Source: Escherichia phage JEP8
Direction: 5' to 3' (one strand)
Sequence record: MT764208.1
DNA: 64,000 nt
The notes beneath the pieces were generated by a model. It searched no databases. It worked only from the letters and a program-made list of their open reading frames with translations, and was not told where the DNA came from. Both the position numbers and the translations under genes were made by a program. The number at the start of each line of letters is the position of its first letter. The stretch's first letter is position 1. Positions 28,306 through 36,355 of this stretch are shown here, piece after piece.

Positions 28306-28736
28306 TTTGTGATCTCCTTATACTCAACACACCATAAGCGGGTAGCCCATGATAAACGCTCATAACGCTGGCAGAAATCGGACCATAGATATTGTGTACC
28401 GTCTTGCATGGTTGAAATATGCGTTTTCTCACCTACTTTCACGAAAGAAGTATTCGATTTTGTGATCTCGACCGGAGTATATCCGAAAGCGGGTTCCAAG
28501 CCAACATCTGAACTAAATGCCAATTTAACAGAATTTGTTTTTCTGACCGCTGTCCGGTTTCCTTCTGGGTACAGCACAGCAGGTTTAGCGCCTAAGCGGA
28601 TAAACTCAGTGTTTTTAATAAACAGAATATCATGATAACCGTCATATTCCGACACTTCCATAGTAACAGGAAAATCGACATGTTCTAAACCTGGTAGATC
28701 TCGCATATCATGAAAGGTCGCCATCAACTTTTTCAT
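28302..28736 (-). CDS. Hypothetical protein
   Basis: Start at the ATG with GAGGA RBS (MKKLMATFHD...). Confidence 0.5.
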   Translation of the reverse strand: MKKLMATFHDMRDLPGLEHVDFPVTMEVSEYDGYHDILFIKNTEFIRLGAKPAVLYPEGNRTAVRKTNSVKLAFSSDVGLEPAFGYTPVEITKSNTSFVKVGEKTHISTMQDGTQYLWSDFCQRYERLSWATRLWCVEYKEITK

Positions 28737-28746
28737 TCTATATTCC

Positions 28747-28944
28747 TCACTCTTCTGTTTCATTTCTTTTATATGGTACTATAACAGGATTAATACAGCA
28801 AGCACCAATTACGTTATGAGCACCACAATTTAAGCATTTATAATCATGGAACTTATTAAGGAATCGACCAAACTCATAACCGACTAGCGCCGCATGTACT
28901 TGAGTCTCGATCTCATCCATATCAGCCAATGTTTTAACCTTCAT
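28747..28944 (-). CDS. Hypothetical small Cys-containing protein
   Basis: Start at the ATG preceded by GAGGATTATATT (MKVKTLADM...); CxxC...CC pattern. Confidence 0.5.
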   Translation of the reverse strand: MKVKTLADMDEIETQVHAALVGYEFGRFLNKFHDYKCLNCGAHNVIGACCINPVIVPYKRNETEE

Positions 28945-28954
28945 AATATAATCC

Positions 28955-29245
28955 TCAAATTGTAGTTTTGCGAAGATGGTCATTACATGCTTTTAATGCA
29001 TCGGTCGCGGTGTCATAGCGAGTATTATCATAGCACCAATAACCATCTGTCAACTGATAAATTAATCCATCCTTTTTAGCTTCGATGAAAGACAATTCTT
29101 TGAAAGTTTCTACTTTCTTTGCTGATACTCCACGGTCACGTCGCTTATACAGTTTAGCTAAAATGCGTTCAGCTTGTTCCTCTTTATCTCCAGACAGATC
29201 CCAGATGATGTTTCGGATATGCTTGATTAATTGTTCAGTGGTCAT
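28955..29245 (-). CDS. Hypothetical protein
   Basis: 96-aa ORF downstream of a promoter cassette. Confidence 0.55.
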   Translation of the reverse strand: MTTEQLIKHIRNIIWDLSGDKEEQAERILAKLYKRRDRGVSAKKVETFKELSFIEAKKDGLIYQLTDGYWCYDNTRYDTATDALKACNDHLRKTTI

Positions 29246-29274
29246 CTTTGATTCTCCTTAGTTGGTATGCGTGC

Positions 29275-29302
29275 ATTATAGCATTGTGATTATCTTTGTC
29301 AA
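29275..29302 (-). promoter_or_regulatory. sigma70-type early promoter (TTGACA-N16-TATAAT)
   Basis: Minus strand TTGACA (29302..29297), TATAAT (29280..29275), then GCACGCAUACCAACUAAGGAGAAUCAAAG-AUG. Confidence 0.65.
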
Positions 29303-29307
29303 CACCC

Positions 29308-29340
29308 AAAAACAAAAAAGGCTACCCCGAAGGATAGCCC
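29308..29340 (-). terminator. Rho-independent terminator downstream of the gp38-like gene
   Basis: Minus strand GGGCUAUCC-UUCG-GGGUAGCC hairpin followed by UUUUUUGUUUUU. Confidence 0.65.
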
Positions 29341-29346
29341 ATAAAA

Positions 29347-30126
29347 TTACACGCGAGCACCGTAGATCGTGCCTACTTTATCCCAGCGAGGGGCATTGCC
29401 AGTAACAGCCTTACCAGCCGCTCCGCCATTATATTCCGATCCCCGTCCACGGATATTACATTTACCACCAGCGCCACCAGCATCACCACCGTTACCGCCA
29501 TTATATACACCGTTGACAGACCCTTTACCTGGCGCGGAAATAGTACCAGCAGTAGCACCCTGTTCCATTTTAGCAGACCCACCAGCAGCGCCAAATGGAC
29601 GACCGCCGCCACCTCCAAAAGTCAATTTCATTTGTGGAAAAGGAGACCAGTATCCTCCGCCACCACCACCACCGCCACCGCAAATAGCGCCGTTATTTGT
29701 GATGCGTAAGCGTGTGCCTATACCGTTGTTAATTGCATTACCACCAGCACCACCAGCGGAGTTATTGCCACCATTACCACCACGCCCCCAAACATGAACA
29801 CCTGCATTAATGATCAATGTTACATATTCGTTTGTTAACGAGCTAGGGAAGTCAAGACAAGGAACGCCAGTAGATTGGGAAACAATATTACCCGTGATAG
29901 TAATTACTACCGGAGTAGATCCTTGTGCTTTCATCCAGTTAATAAGAGTGTCTTTATTGTAAGAGTTACTAGCACCAATGCTATAATGAATCTCTTTAGA
30001 GCGTCCGACCATTGCCGACATATACGCCGGACGACCTAAGCGTACAGCTTGCATTGCGGCGCTCATCCACCGTTGACCAGTCTCGGACACCGCAGATGAT
30101 CCTACCCATCCAGAAGATATTGCCAT
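29347..30126 (-). CDS. gp38-like glycine-rich receptor-binding adhesin (T2-type)
   Basis: N-terminal WVGSSAVSETGQRWM...NTLINWMKAQG, GRGGNGGNNS, poly-Gly run GGGGGGGGG, GGGGGRPFG and C-terminal ...TIYGARV match the T2/T6-type gp38 adhesin as recalled; 259 aa. Confidence 0.75.
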   Translation of the reverse strand: MAISSGWVGSSAVSETGQRWMSAAMQAVRLGRPAYMSAMVGRSKEIHYSIGASNSYNKDTLINWMKAQGSTPVVITITGNIVSQSTGVPCLDFPSSLTNEYVTLIINAGVHVWGRGGNGGNNSAGGAGGNAINNGIGTRLRITNNGAICGGGGGGGGGYWSPFPQMKLTFGGGGGRPFGAAGGSAKMEQGATAGTISAPGKGSVNGVYNGGNGGDAGGAGGKCNIRGRGSEYNGGAAGKAVTGNAPRWDKVGTIYGARV

Positions 30127-30138
30127 AAAATTTCCTCA

Positions 30139-30162
30139 CAAGAAAAGCCCCAATTAAGGGGC
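30139..30162 (-). terminator. Hairpin/terminator between the 73-aa ORF and the gp38-like gene
   Basis: Minus strand GCCCC-UUAAUU-GGGGC followed by UUUUCUU. Confidence 0.45.
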
Positions 30163-30180
30163 ATTGATTGATAATATTAC

Positions 30181-30402
30181 TTAGATGACCTCTGCTTCAC
30201 CATCCAGGAAGAAAGACCATGTTTTGTTAGGATAGCGAAGCGCCCATGATTCAGCAGTTTTAACACCAGCTTCGAACAATTGACGGCTGGTTACTTTAGC
30301 CATACCATCTTCGATGGCAACGTTTTCAATAATCATCGGGTACTTAGCGCCACGCATGAAACCGAAACCAGCGGAAGATTTGATAATTTTAACAGTTGCC
30401 AT
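30181..30402 (-). CDS. Hypothetical protein (73 aa), co-transcribed upstream of the gp38-like gene
   Basis: ATG preceded by the AGGAGAATCAAAA leader and a promoter cassette. Confidence 0.55.
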   Translation of the reverse strand: MATVKIIKSSAGFGFMRGAKYPMIIENVAIEDGMAKVTSRQLFEAGVKTAESWALRYPNKTWSFFLDGEAEVI

Positions 30403-30443
30403 TTTTGATTCTCCTAGAAAGTGTATCTCGTTTCGATGTGTGT

Positions 30444-30473
30444 ATTATGCAATAACACCGGAACGCTGTCAAC
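30444..30473 (-). promoter_or_regulatory. sigma70-type early promoter (TTGACA-N18-CATAAT)
   Basis: Minus strand TTGACA (30473..30468) and CATAAT (30449..30444), then the ACACACAUCGAAACGAG leader. Confidence 0.6.
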
Positions 30474-30490
30474 ACTTTCTAAGAAAAATT

Positions 30491-30775
30491 TTAAACTAAT
30501 CGAATGTAGCCCAAAATTTCAGCACTTTTAGCCAGATCTAAAATTTCCCATTCAAGATCGCCGTAGTCATAATTTGCAACCATCAACTGACCATTTTTCA
30601 TGCAGCAATCATGAGAGAAAATTTGCCCCGCATAAACTACGATAGTGATAAACTTTCCTGATTCTGGCGGTGTGGAAGACAAAGCGACCATATGACCATT
30701 CAGCTTAGTCACCAGTGATGGAACAATAAAATTCGGGCTTACCTTAATACCGTTAAATTCGTTTGTGTCTTTCAT
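30491..30775 (-). CDS. Hypothetical protein
   Basis: 94-aa ORF. Confidence 0.5.
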   Translation of the reverse strand: MKDTNEFNGIKVSPNFIVPSLVTKLNGHMVALSSTPPESGKFITIVVYAGQIFSHDCCMKNGQLMVANYDYGDLEWEILDLAKSAEILGYIRLV

Positions 30776-31122
30776 GCCAGACCTCGCAAAACACTAATAG
30801 CATAATCATGCTGGTTATTCATAATATCAATTGCATTGTGATAACGAGCTAAACCATCAAGGATAAATTCTTGTTTATCCTGTTTCAGTTTGGTATCACG
30901 CGCAGCCATAAGAGCATCGAGAACAGGTCCAAAGTGATTATCTAATTCATCTTCGGTTGCAATGTTTCCTATTGCCTCGTCGATCCGTGATTCTAATGCT
31001 TGCTTTTCGTTGATCACTTGCTGGGTATATTCCAACACATCAAGAATATCGCGGGTAACGTCGCCGTGATAAGGTATTCCCGCATGAAGATGATCAATTA
31101 ATCGCTGAATATCGATGTTCAT
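30772..31122 (-). CDS. Hypothetical protein
   Basis: 116-aa ORF. Confidence 0.5.
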   Translation of the reverse strand: MNIDIQRLIDHLHAGIPYHGDVTRDILDVLEYTQQVINEKQALESRIDEAIGNIATEDELDNHFGPVLDALMAARDTKLKQDKQEFILDGLARYHNAIDIMNNQHDYAISVLRGLA

Positions 31123-31457
31123 TTGTAACCCTCCTCTGAAAGCACATCCCAGATCGTTGAGTCAAGGTGCATTAAATTCCACATAATAGAGTCATAACTA
31201 CCGAAGCCAGAAGTAAAAATTACATCACACTGGCGATAGGTCTTATGAAAATCGGTGGCTGTCTCTGCATCAATCGGCATATCGTCACCAGAAAGCACCA
31301 GACATTTAAGAATCATAACTCTGTTAGCCGTTGGCGCTTGCTTAGTCTTTTCAGCATATTTTTCGATGATCCGTTTTGCCTTTTCTTCTTTGATACGTCC
31401 AGACCAAATCCGGTTTCGGTATTGATTCATAATAATTTCAATCACATCATTTTGCAT
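31119..31457 (-). CDS. Hypothetical protein
   Basis: 112-aa ORF. Confidence 0.5.
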   Translation of the reverse strand: MQNDVIEIIMNQYRNRIWSGRIKEEKAKRIIEKYAEKTKQAPTANRVMILKCLVLSGDDMPIDAETATDFHKTYRQCDVIFTSGFGSYDSIMWNLMHLDSTIWDVLSEEGYK

Positions 31458-31656
31458 TCTTCACGGTCTCCATAATTGTTTTGTAAGCCAGTTTAAGATG
31501 ATCACCGAAAAACTTTGCAGTGTTACCCTTCGGATCGCGGAGCATGGTTTCTACGATCTCATCGGCAGTAACAATTTCTCCTTTCTTTGCTGCATGTTCT
31601 ACCATATACTTCAAAGTTTCTTCGGAAGCAAGTGCTGCGGCTACTGGATTAATCAT
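31447..31656 (-). CDS. Hypothetical protein
   Basis: 69-aa ORF downstream of a promoter cassette. Confidence 0.5.
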   Translation of the reverse strand: MINPVAAALASEETLKYMVEHAAKKGEIVTADEIVETMLRDPKGNTAKFFGDHLKLAYKTIMETVKNAK

Positions 31657-31685
31657 TTTGATTCTCCTTTGTTGTCGATGTATGC

Positions 31686-31714
31686 ATTATGCTATACCCT
31701 ATTCCGGTTGTCAA
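31686..31714 (-). promoter_or_regulatory. sigma70-type early promoter (TTGACA-N17-CATAAT)
   Basis: Minus strand TTGACA (31714..31709) and CATAAT (31691..31686). Confidence 0.6.
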
Positions 31715-31720
31715 CACCTA

Positions 31721-31750
31721 AAAACGAAAAAGCCACCCTTTCGGATGGCT
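31721..31750 (-). terminator. Rho-independent terminator
   Basis: Minus strand AGCCAUCC-GAAA-GGGUGGCU followed by UUUUUCGUUUUU. Confidence 0.6.
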
Positions 31751-31983
31751 TTTGATTATATTTTATTCTAATCCATTTGTATAGTAGTGTTTGAATCGAC
31801 CTTTGCTAAACTCGTTAAACATAGTAACCAATTTACCACCACTTTCCAATGATAGCACTTCCTCGTCTTAGACGGGTCTTCCGATTCGGCAGTAATTGAA
31901 CACGCGAAAGTATGAGGAAGCCAAATAGTTGTGTTAATGCTAGTATTCTTTTACTTCTGGTATGCATCCCACAGTGACTAACA

Positions 31984-32382
31984 TTAAGCCAGTCGAGTGA
32001 GTTTATAAATTGTTTTAAAGCATAGAGCTTTGATATCGTCTAAAACGCTCTGTAACGAGCTATCAACATCATTATAAATCTCACTAGCCATTTGCGTTAA
32101 CTCTTGCAAATAGGCAATTTCGCTCATCTCCTTGCGGACGACCAACGTTGGCTGATAACGACCAGTGATCCCAATATTGGTTTCAGTGAAATCATCAACC
32201 AATTCTTGCATTTCAAGATAGAACTCTTCTAGAGCCTTATGTTTTGCATAAGATCCAGGACCAGTTACTCCAAAATGCGCAGAATGCATATAAGTAACAC
32301 TCATCAGACATTCACCGATAAAGCGGTCAACTTTATTAGCTTTCCCCTCTTCGGACGTCTTTAGAAAATCAATGAATTTCAT
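31984..32382 (-). CDS. Hypothetical protein, possibly ferritin/Dps-like four-helix bundle (weak)
   Basis: Start trimmed to MKFIDFLK...; motif HSAHFGVTGPGSYAKHKALEEFY loosely resembles Dps helix A/B region. Confidence 0.4.
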   Translation of the reverse strand: MKFIDFLKTSEEGKANKVDRFIGECLMSVTYMHSAHFGVTGPGSYAKHKALEEFYLEMQELVDDFTETNIGITGRYQPTLVVRKEMSEIAYLQELTQMASEIYNDVDSSLQSVLDDIKALCFKTIYKLTRLA

Positions 32383-32671
32383 GTTCTTTATTCTCCATAT
32401 TATGCAACATAACAAACTGTTGTGCGGCATATTCCCCCATAATAAAACACTGCTTAGAATCCATACATTTACTACGAGCATACATCTTCATAATATGGGC
32501 ATGAAATTTCTGGCTGGTTTCAATGGAAGGAGATATTTTGTTTACATATACTATCATTGCACCGTCGAAATAATCAGTAAAGTCACCAGTTGGATCATAT
32601 TGATCAGCACTGACGCTTCCGACCGCAGTAAAGCATATTGCCGCTGTTAGAGTTTTACGAATAAATGACAT
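32369..32671 (-). CDS. Hypothetical secreted/periplasmic protein
   Basis: N-terminal signal-peptide-like MSFIRKTLTAAICFTAVGSVSA. Confidence 0.5.
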   Translation of the reverse strand: MSFIRKTLTAAICFTAVGSVSADQYDPTGDFTDYFDGAMIVYVNKISPSIETSQKFHAHIMKMYARSKCMDSKQCFIMGEYAAQQFVMLHNMENKEHEIH

Positions 32672-32740
32672 AAGTCATTCCCCCAGATTTAAAAATATTC
32701 AGTTATATTTATAATCTGGGGCTTTATTTATGATTAACTC

Positions 32741-33337
32741 TTAGTTGGTAGTACCATCAATAAAATGTTTACGGCACACAGAAACATATTTATCCTCTGC
32801 ACCAACTTCGATTTGAGCACCATCGCGAATAACATTACCCTCTTTATCTACACGAAGGACCATTGTTGCTTTCTTGCCACAATGACAAATACCCTTCATT
32901 TCGACCAGTTTATCAGCAAATGCCATTAATGCCGCAGATCCTTCAAATAGATTGCCCTGAAAGTCAGTGCGAAGGCCATAGCACAGTACAGGGATATTTG
33001 CATCATCAACAAGCGCACACAAGCCTAAAACATGCTCTTTAGTCATAAATTGGGCTTCATCTACAAAAACTGCATCTGGACGCCATCGATCCGGTCTACG
33101 CTTACCTAACGATTCACGATAAACCAAGTCGAAAAGATCATCCGATTTAGTGAAGGTGATCGCTGGAGCACTTAGGCCAATTCGGGAAACAACTTCACTT
33201 TCTGAATCTCGATTATCAATCGCTGGCTTAAGAATTAATACTCGCATATCACGTTCGGTATAGTTATAAGCACTTTGTAACAGGGAAGTTGATTTGCCAG
33301 CGTTCATAGATGCATAGTAGAAATATAATTGCGCCAT
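32741..33337 (-). CDS. tk: Thymidine kinase
   Basis: P-loop MNAGKST near the N-terminus, DEAQF, and C-terminal Zn-binding cysteines (C..C...C..H); 198 aa. Confidence 0.9.
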   Translation of the reverse strand: MAQLYFYYASMNAGKSTSLLQSAYNYTERDMRVLILKPAIDNRDSESEVVSRIGLSAPAITFTKSDDLFDLVYRESLGKRRPDRWRPDAVFVDEAQFMTKEHVLGLCALVDDANIPVLCYGLRTDFQGNLFEGSAALMAFADKLVEMKGICHCGKKATMVLRVDKEGNVIRDGAQIEVGAEDKYVSVCRKHFIDGTTN

Positions 33338-33630
33338 TAATTAATCTCCAAAAATCCAGCAAGACCTAAACCGATATAAACCCAGATACAAAGGAAAAAG
33401 AAGCAAACACCCATAGCAAAGATAAATCCGCGTAGTGTCTTTGGATAACCTACCCAATATTCCCGACCATCTTCTAACCGGATCAGCTTATTTCCTTGAG
33501 AGTCCATATCAATTACAACATGTTTATTTCTGGATTGTAACAGATACTGCTTGACAATCTCAATACCCGCCATAATAACAATAACGAAAATAAAAGTCCA
33601 CACAACAAGATTAATGATAGTCTCAAGCAT
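33337..33630 (-). CDS. Hypothetical membrane protein
   Basis: Two hydrophobic segments. Confidence 0.5.
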   Translation of the reverse strand: MLETIINLVVWTFIFVIVIMAGIEIVKQYLLQSRNKHVVIDMDSQGNKLIRLEDGREYWVGYPKTLRGFIFAMGVCFFFLCIWVYIGLGLAGFLEIN

Positions 33631-33865
33631 TTTCTATCACCTCCACCCAATCAGGTGTTTCCTGAAAGACTCCTTCGCCTTCATGATGGTCGCAACCTTT
33701 ATTGCTGCAATACATCCACCAATCCCACATTCCCCACGGTAAACGATGCATATCGTCGTTACAGCAAGTGAAGATGATAGGCCAACCACATCTACCACAA
33801 CGGCAGTTTTCCTTCATGTGAGCGGTATTAGGCTTCTTCATAGATGACTCCAATATAATCGACAT
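33623..33865 (-). CDS. Hypothetical Zn-ribbon-like protein
   Basis: CRCGRCGW...CCND...CSNKGCDHH. Confidence 0.5.
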   Translation of the reverse strand: MSIILESSMKKPNTAHMKENCRCGRCGWPIIFTCCNDDMHRLPWGMWDWWMYCSNKGCDHHEGEGVFQETPDWVEVIENA

Positions 33866-34068
33866 TTACATTTAGGGCAATGCGGTTCTTTAATATAATA
33901 CCCGTCTGTCTTCGGAACACTAACAGGAGCGGTTTTTATATTGTATTCAGTGAAACAACGAAAACAAGTTACGTTTTCTACAGACTGACGTTTCACCCAA
34001 TCACCGGAATATAGATCATTTTTATTTGTCATATTCAACCACCACAATGTTAATGTCTGGAGTAGCAA
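33838..34068 (-). CDS. Hypothetical Zn-ribbon-like protein
   Basis: CFRCF...CPKCKC. Confidence 0.45.
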   Translation of the reverse strand: MLLQTLTLWWLNMTNKNDLYSGDWVKRQSVENVTCFRCFTEYNIKTAPVSVPKTDGYYIKEPHCPKCKCRLYWSHL

Positions 34069-34477
34069 TATTAATGATCTCTTCTACACATTCCCACTCA
34101 AGGCCACCGATACCGCAACCGATTTTAGGAATATAGAAAGGCTGTATAGCACCCTCAAAAACATCATTGAGAGACTCAAATCCTTTCAGGATAGCACCAT
34201 ATTCAGCATTTGGACCCGGTCGGAATTGGGTATAGAGATTCACCCCGCACCAGTTATAACCATTAACTTGATGCGTCCAGATACTAAACCCACCCAACTT
34301 TTCTACCTTACCGCGAGAAGTTTGCTTGTCAATCTCTAACGCTTGCGGGAACTCTTTCGCGATCTTCGCAGCAATACCAGCGCCCATAGTATGAAAACAA
34401 TTACAACCATGAATTAAATGACCGTTTCCTTGTTTAAACAGGGCGATGAGATCGCCCTTTACAGTATCAATAATCAT
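34022..34477 (-). CDS. Macro-domain protein (TARG1/OARD1-like ADP-ribose-processing fold)
   Basis: GDLIAL...HGCNCFHTMGAGIAAKIAKEFP...PKIGCGIGGLEWECVEEII resembles the TARG1-type macro domain pattern. Confidence 0.6.
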   Translation of the reverse strand: MIIDTVKGDLIALFKQGNGHLIHGCNCFHTMGAGIAAKIAKEFPQALEIDKQTSRGKVEKLGGFSIWTHQVNGYNWCGVNLYTQFRPGPNAEYGAILKGFESLNDVFEGAIQPFYIPKIGCGIGGLEWECVEEIINIATPDINIVVVEYDK

Positions 34478-34492
34478 AATATAAACCTCTCA

Positions 34493-34852
34493 TTAGTCAC
34501 GGGAAGACAACCCAGCCATAAAACGGCTTAACAGTGTGTCGCGATAAGCAAAGCATAATTGCTTATCAGGGGCAGTATCACACAGGTTGCGTTTTGTTTT
34601 AGCAAAGCTGGCAATACTCAGATCCCATGCTCGATTTTTTCGTTTTTCGTCTCGACCTTGTTTATATGCTTCATCAAGTTCGAGCGCGATAAAATCACTA
34701 CACATGTTATCATCATCACAGAAAGTTTTAATGATCTTTTTGTTGATCTCAAATCCTTTGTATTCGAACTTTGGATAAGGGCGCTCATTACTAGCAAGCG
34801 CACCAGCCGAGAACATCATAACAATCATAGCAATTATTGTCAACTTTTTCAT
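34493..34852 (-). CDS. Hypothetical secreted protein
   Basis: Signal peptide MKKLTIIAMIVMMFSAGALA. Confidence 0.5.
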   Translation of the reverse strand: MKKLTIIAMIVMMFSAGALASNERPYPKFEYKGFEINKKIIKTFCDDDNMCSDFIALELDEAYKQGRDEKRKNRAWDLSIASFAKTKRNLCDTAPDKQLCFAYRDTLLSRFMAGLSSRD

Positions 34853-34859
34853 ATATTCC

Positions 34860-35450
34860 TCAATAGCGTTTAGTCTTAAGAATGCCTTTACTCTTTAGAT
34901 GGTTAGCCTTTTTTAGTACGTCATCAGCATAACCTAATCCGGCTTTATAGTTCCATCCAGCATTGTAAGAAGCTAGCGCGAGTCTGATATTACCGTTTCG
35001 AATATCCAGCCAGTATGCTAACTCATCCATCGCGTAGAATGCAGAAACCTCGCGATTCATGATAAAGTTGATAGTCTGGCGATCACTCATTTTAACACCG
35101 CGCTTTGCATTTTTCGCTTTCACCGTTTTAAGGTAATTTTGAAATAATCCATAAGCATGATGATTTTTCTTTGGTGCTAAGTTTGCACCCGCGCTTGATT
35201 CTTGCCATGCGATACCCGCCAGGATGTGACCTAAACCCTTTCCGTTATAGCGAATATTCGGATGGTACTTTTTCAACTTACCGCTTTTCTCGAATTGCTC
35301 GCCGTATTGATAGGCGAAATGTAAATTATCTAGTTGGTGTGCTGTAAAGTTGTCTATCGGCGCTTTTTTGATCGGTGCGCTAGTCGATGCGTGTGTAGCA
35401 CCAACGGCTAGTGACAGACTCAATACTATCGCTTTTAGAACTTTTAACAT
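34860..35450 (-). CDS. Secreted lytic transglycosylase (SLT)-domain protein
   Basis: Signal peptide MLKVLKAIVLSLSLAVGATHA; SLT-like motifs IAWQESS and AYGLFQ. Confidence 0.6.
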   Translation of the reverse strand: MLKVLKAIVLSLSLAVGATHASTSAPIKKAPIDNFTAHQLDNLHFAYQYGEQFEKSGKLKKYHPNIRYNGKGLGHILAGIAWQESSAGANLAPKKNHHAYGLFQNYLKTVKAKNAKRGVKMSDRQTINFIMNREVSAFYAMDELAYWLDIRNGNIRLALASYNAGWNYKAGLGYADDVLKKANHLKSKGILKTKRY

Positions 35451-35535
35451 TAATTTCTCCTGTTTGGCTTAACTTTCTGATTTCATAATATAGCCCTATC
35501 ACCAGAAAGTCAAGCATTAACTCAACCAATTTCCA

Positions 35536-35958
35536 TTATTGGTCTACCTTCAAAACAACCGCCGACATTTTACCCGCCAGTCGTTTTGGATTCTCTATAA
35601 TCATTCGGCAGCATAGACCGTGATATGGCTTACCCTCTTCGATTAGATCTACTGTCATCCCGATCCACATGTTACCGTCAGTAATTTCTAATCGATTAGG
35701 TCGGTCTTCCATTTTCAGGAAGTCGAAGATCTCCGGCAAACGAGTTTCTATCTTATTGAATAGTTCCATTGTCTTATGTTCATCGATATGACGATCGGTT
35801 AGACGGTCGATCATATGCGGACTAAAGCGAATGAAAATATACTCGCCGTAACCATCATTCAAGCACTTTTCTTTGATCTGCGCATTGGTTTTGCGCATTT
35901 CGGTTTCGAAGAATCTACGCAGCTTACTACGGCGAACATGTACGTTAATTGTTTCCAT
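35536..35958 (-). CDS. regB: Endoribonuclease RegB
   Basis: From the internal Met: METINVHVRRSKLRRFFE...RLEITDGNMWIGMTV...CRMIIENPKRLAGKMSAVVLK matches T4 RegB. Confidence 0.8.
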   Translation of the reverse strand: METINVHVRRSKLRRFFETEMRKTNAQIKEKCLNDGYGEYIFIRFSPHMIDRLTDRHIDEHKTMELFNKIETRLPEIFDFLKMEDRPNRLEITDGNMWIGMTVDLIEEGKPYHGLCCRMIIENPKRLAGKMSAVVLKVDQ

Positions 35959-35962
35959 TTTA

Positions 35963-36298
35963 TTATCCTTTCTTAAACAAATTGCGAAGCCAGTATACAA
36001 ACGGGATTTCTTTAAACTTGAACTTGTCAATAGTTAATTCTTTAGTAGCAAGATGAATACCATAAGCATCATGTGTAACTATATGCCATTTTCTATAGTC
36101 CAAATGTGAACAACCGTCTGGATCTAGGTTAATAAGAGTTTCTCGCTCACTAGGATTATTTTTCCACAATTTTGTAATAGGATCGCACATAATTCGACCT
36201 AGCGTACCATGAATAATCTCACAACGGTAAAGTTTTCCAGCAGTGAGATAGGCGCACCCGTCATAGTCGGTATAAACAAACACTTCTTTAACACTCAT
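35963..36298 (-). CDS. Hypothetical protein, DGxCSHL small-paralog family
   Basis: DPDGCSHLDYRKWHIV; start at the ATG with AGGAGTATTAAA leader (the ORF-track start overlaps the promoter). Confidence 0.5.
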   Translation of the reverse strand: MSVKEVFVYTDYDGCAYLTAGKLYRCEIIHGTLGRIMCDPITKLWKNNPSERETLINLDPDGCSHLDYRKWHIVTHDAYGIHLATKELTIDKFKFKEIPFVYWLRNLFKKG

Positions 36299-36319
36299 TT
36301 TAATACTCCTTTGTTTCGA

Positions 36320-36355
36320 TGGGGGTATATTACTACCCCCGATCATGTGTGTCAA
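36320..36355 (-). promoter_or_regulatory. sigma70-type early promoter cassette (TTGACA-N17-TAATAT)
   Basis: Minus strand TTGACA (36355..36350) followed by TAATAT and the CCCAUCGAAACAAAGGAG leader. Confidence 0.5.

Noticed and set aside
29369-29797. Plus-strand proline-rich 142-aa ORF (PPPPPPPPPP...)
   Set aside because: It is the antisense reading of the glycine-rich (GGN codon) region of the minus-strand gp38-like gene; no independent signals.
31751-31983. tRNA gene
   Set aside because: A GGUCGAUUCAAAC segment superficially resembles a T-arm, but no acceptor stem, anticodon arm or cloverleaf could be assembled around it.
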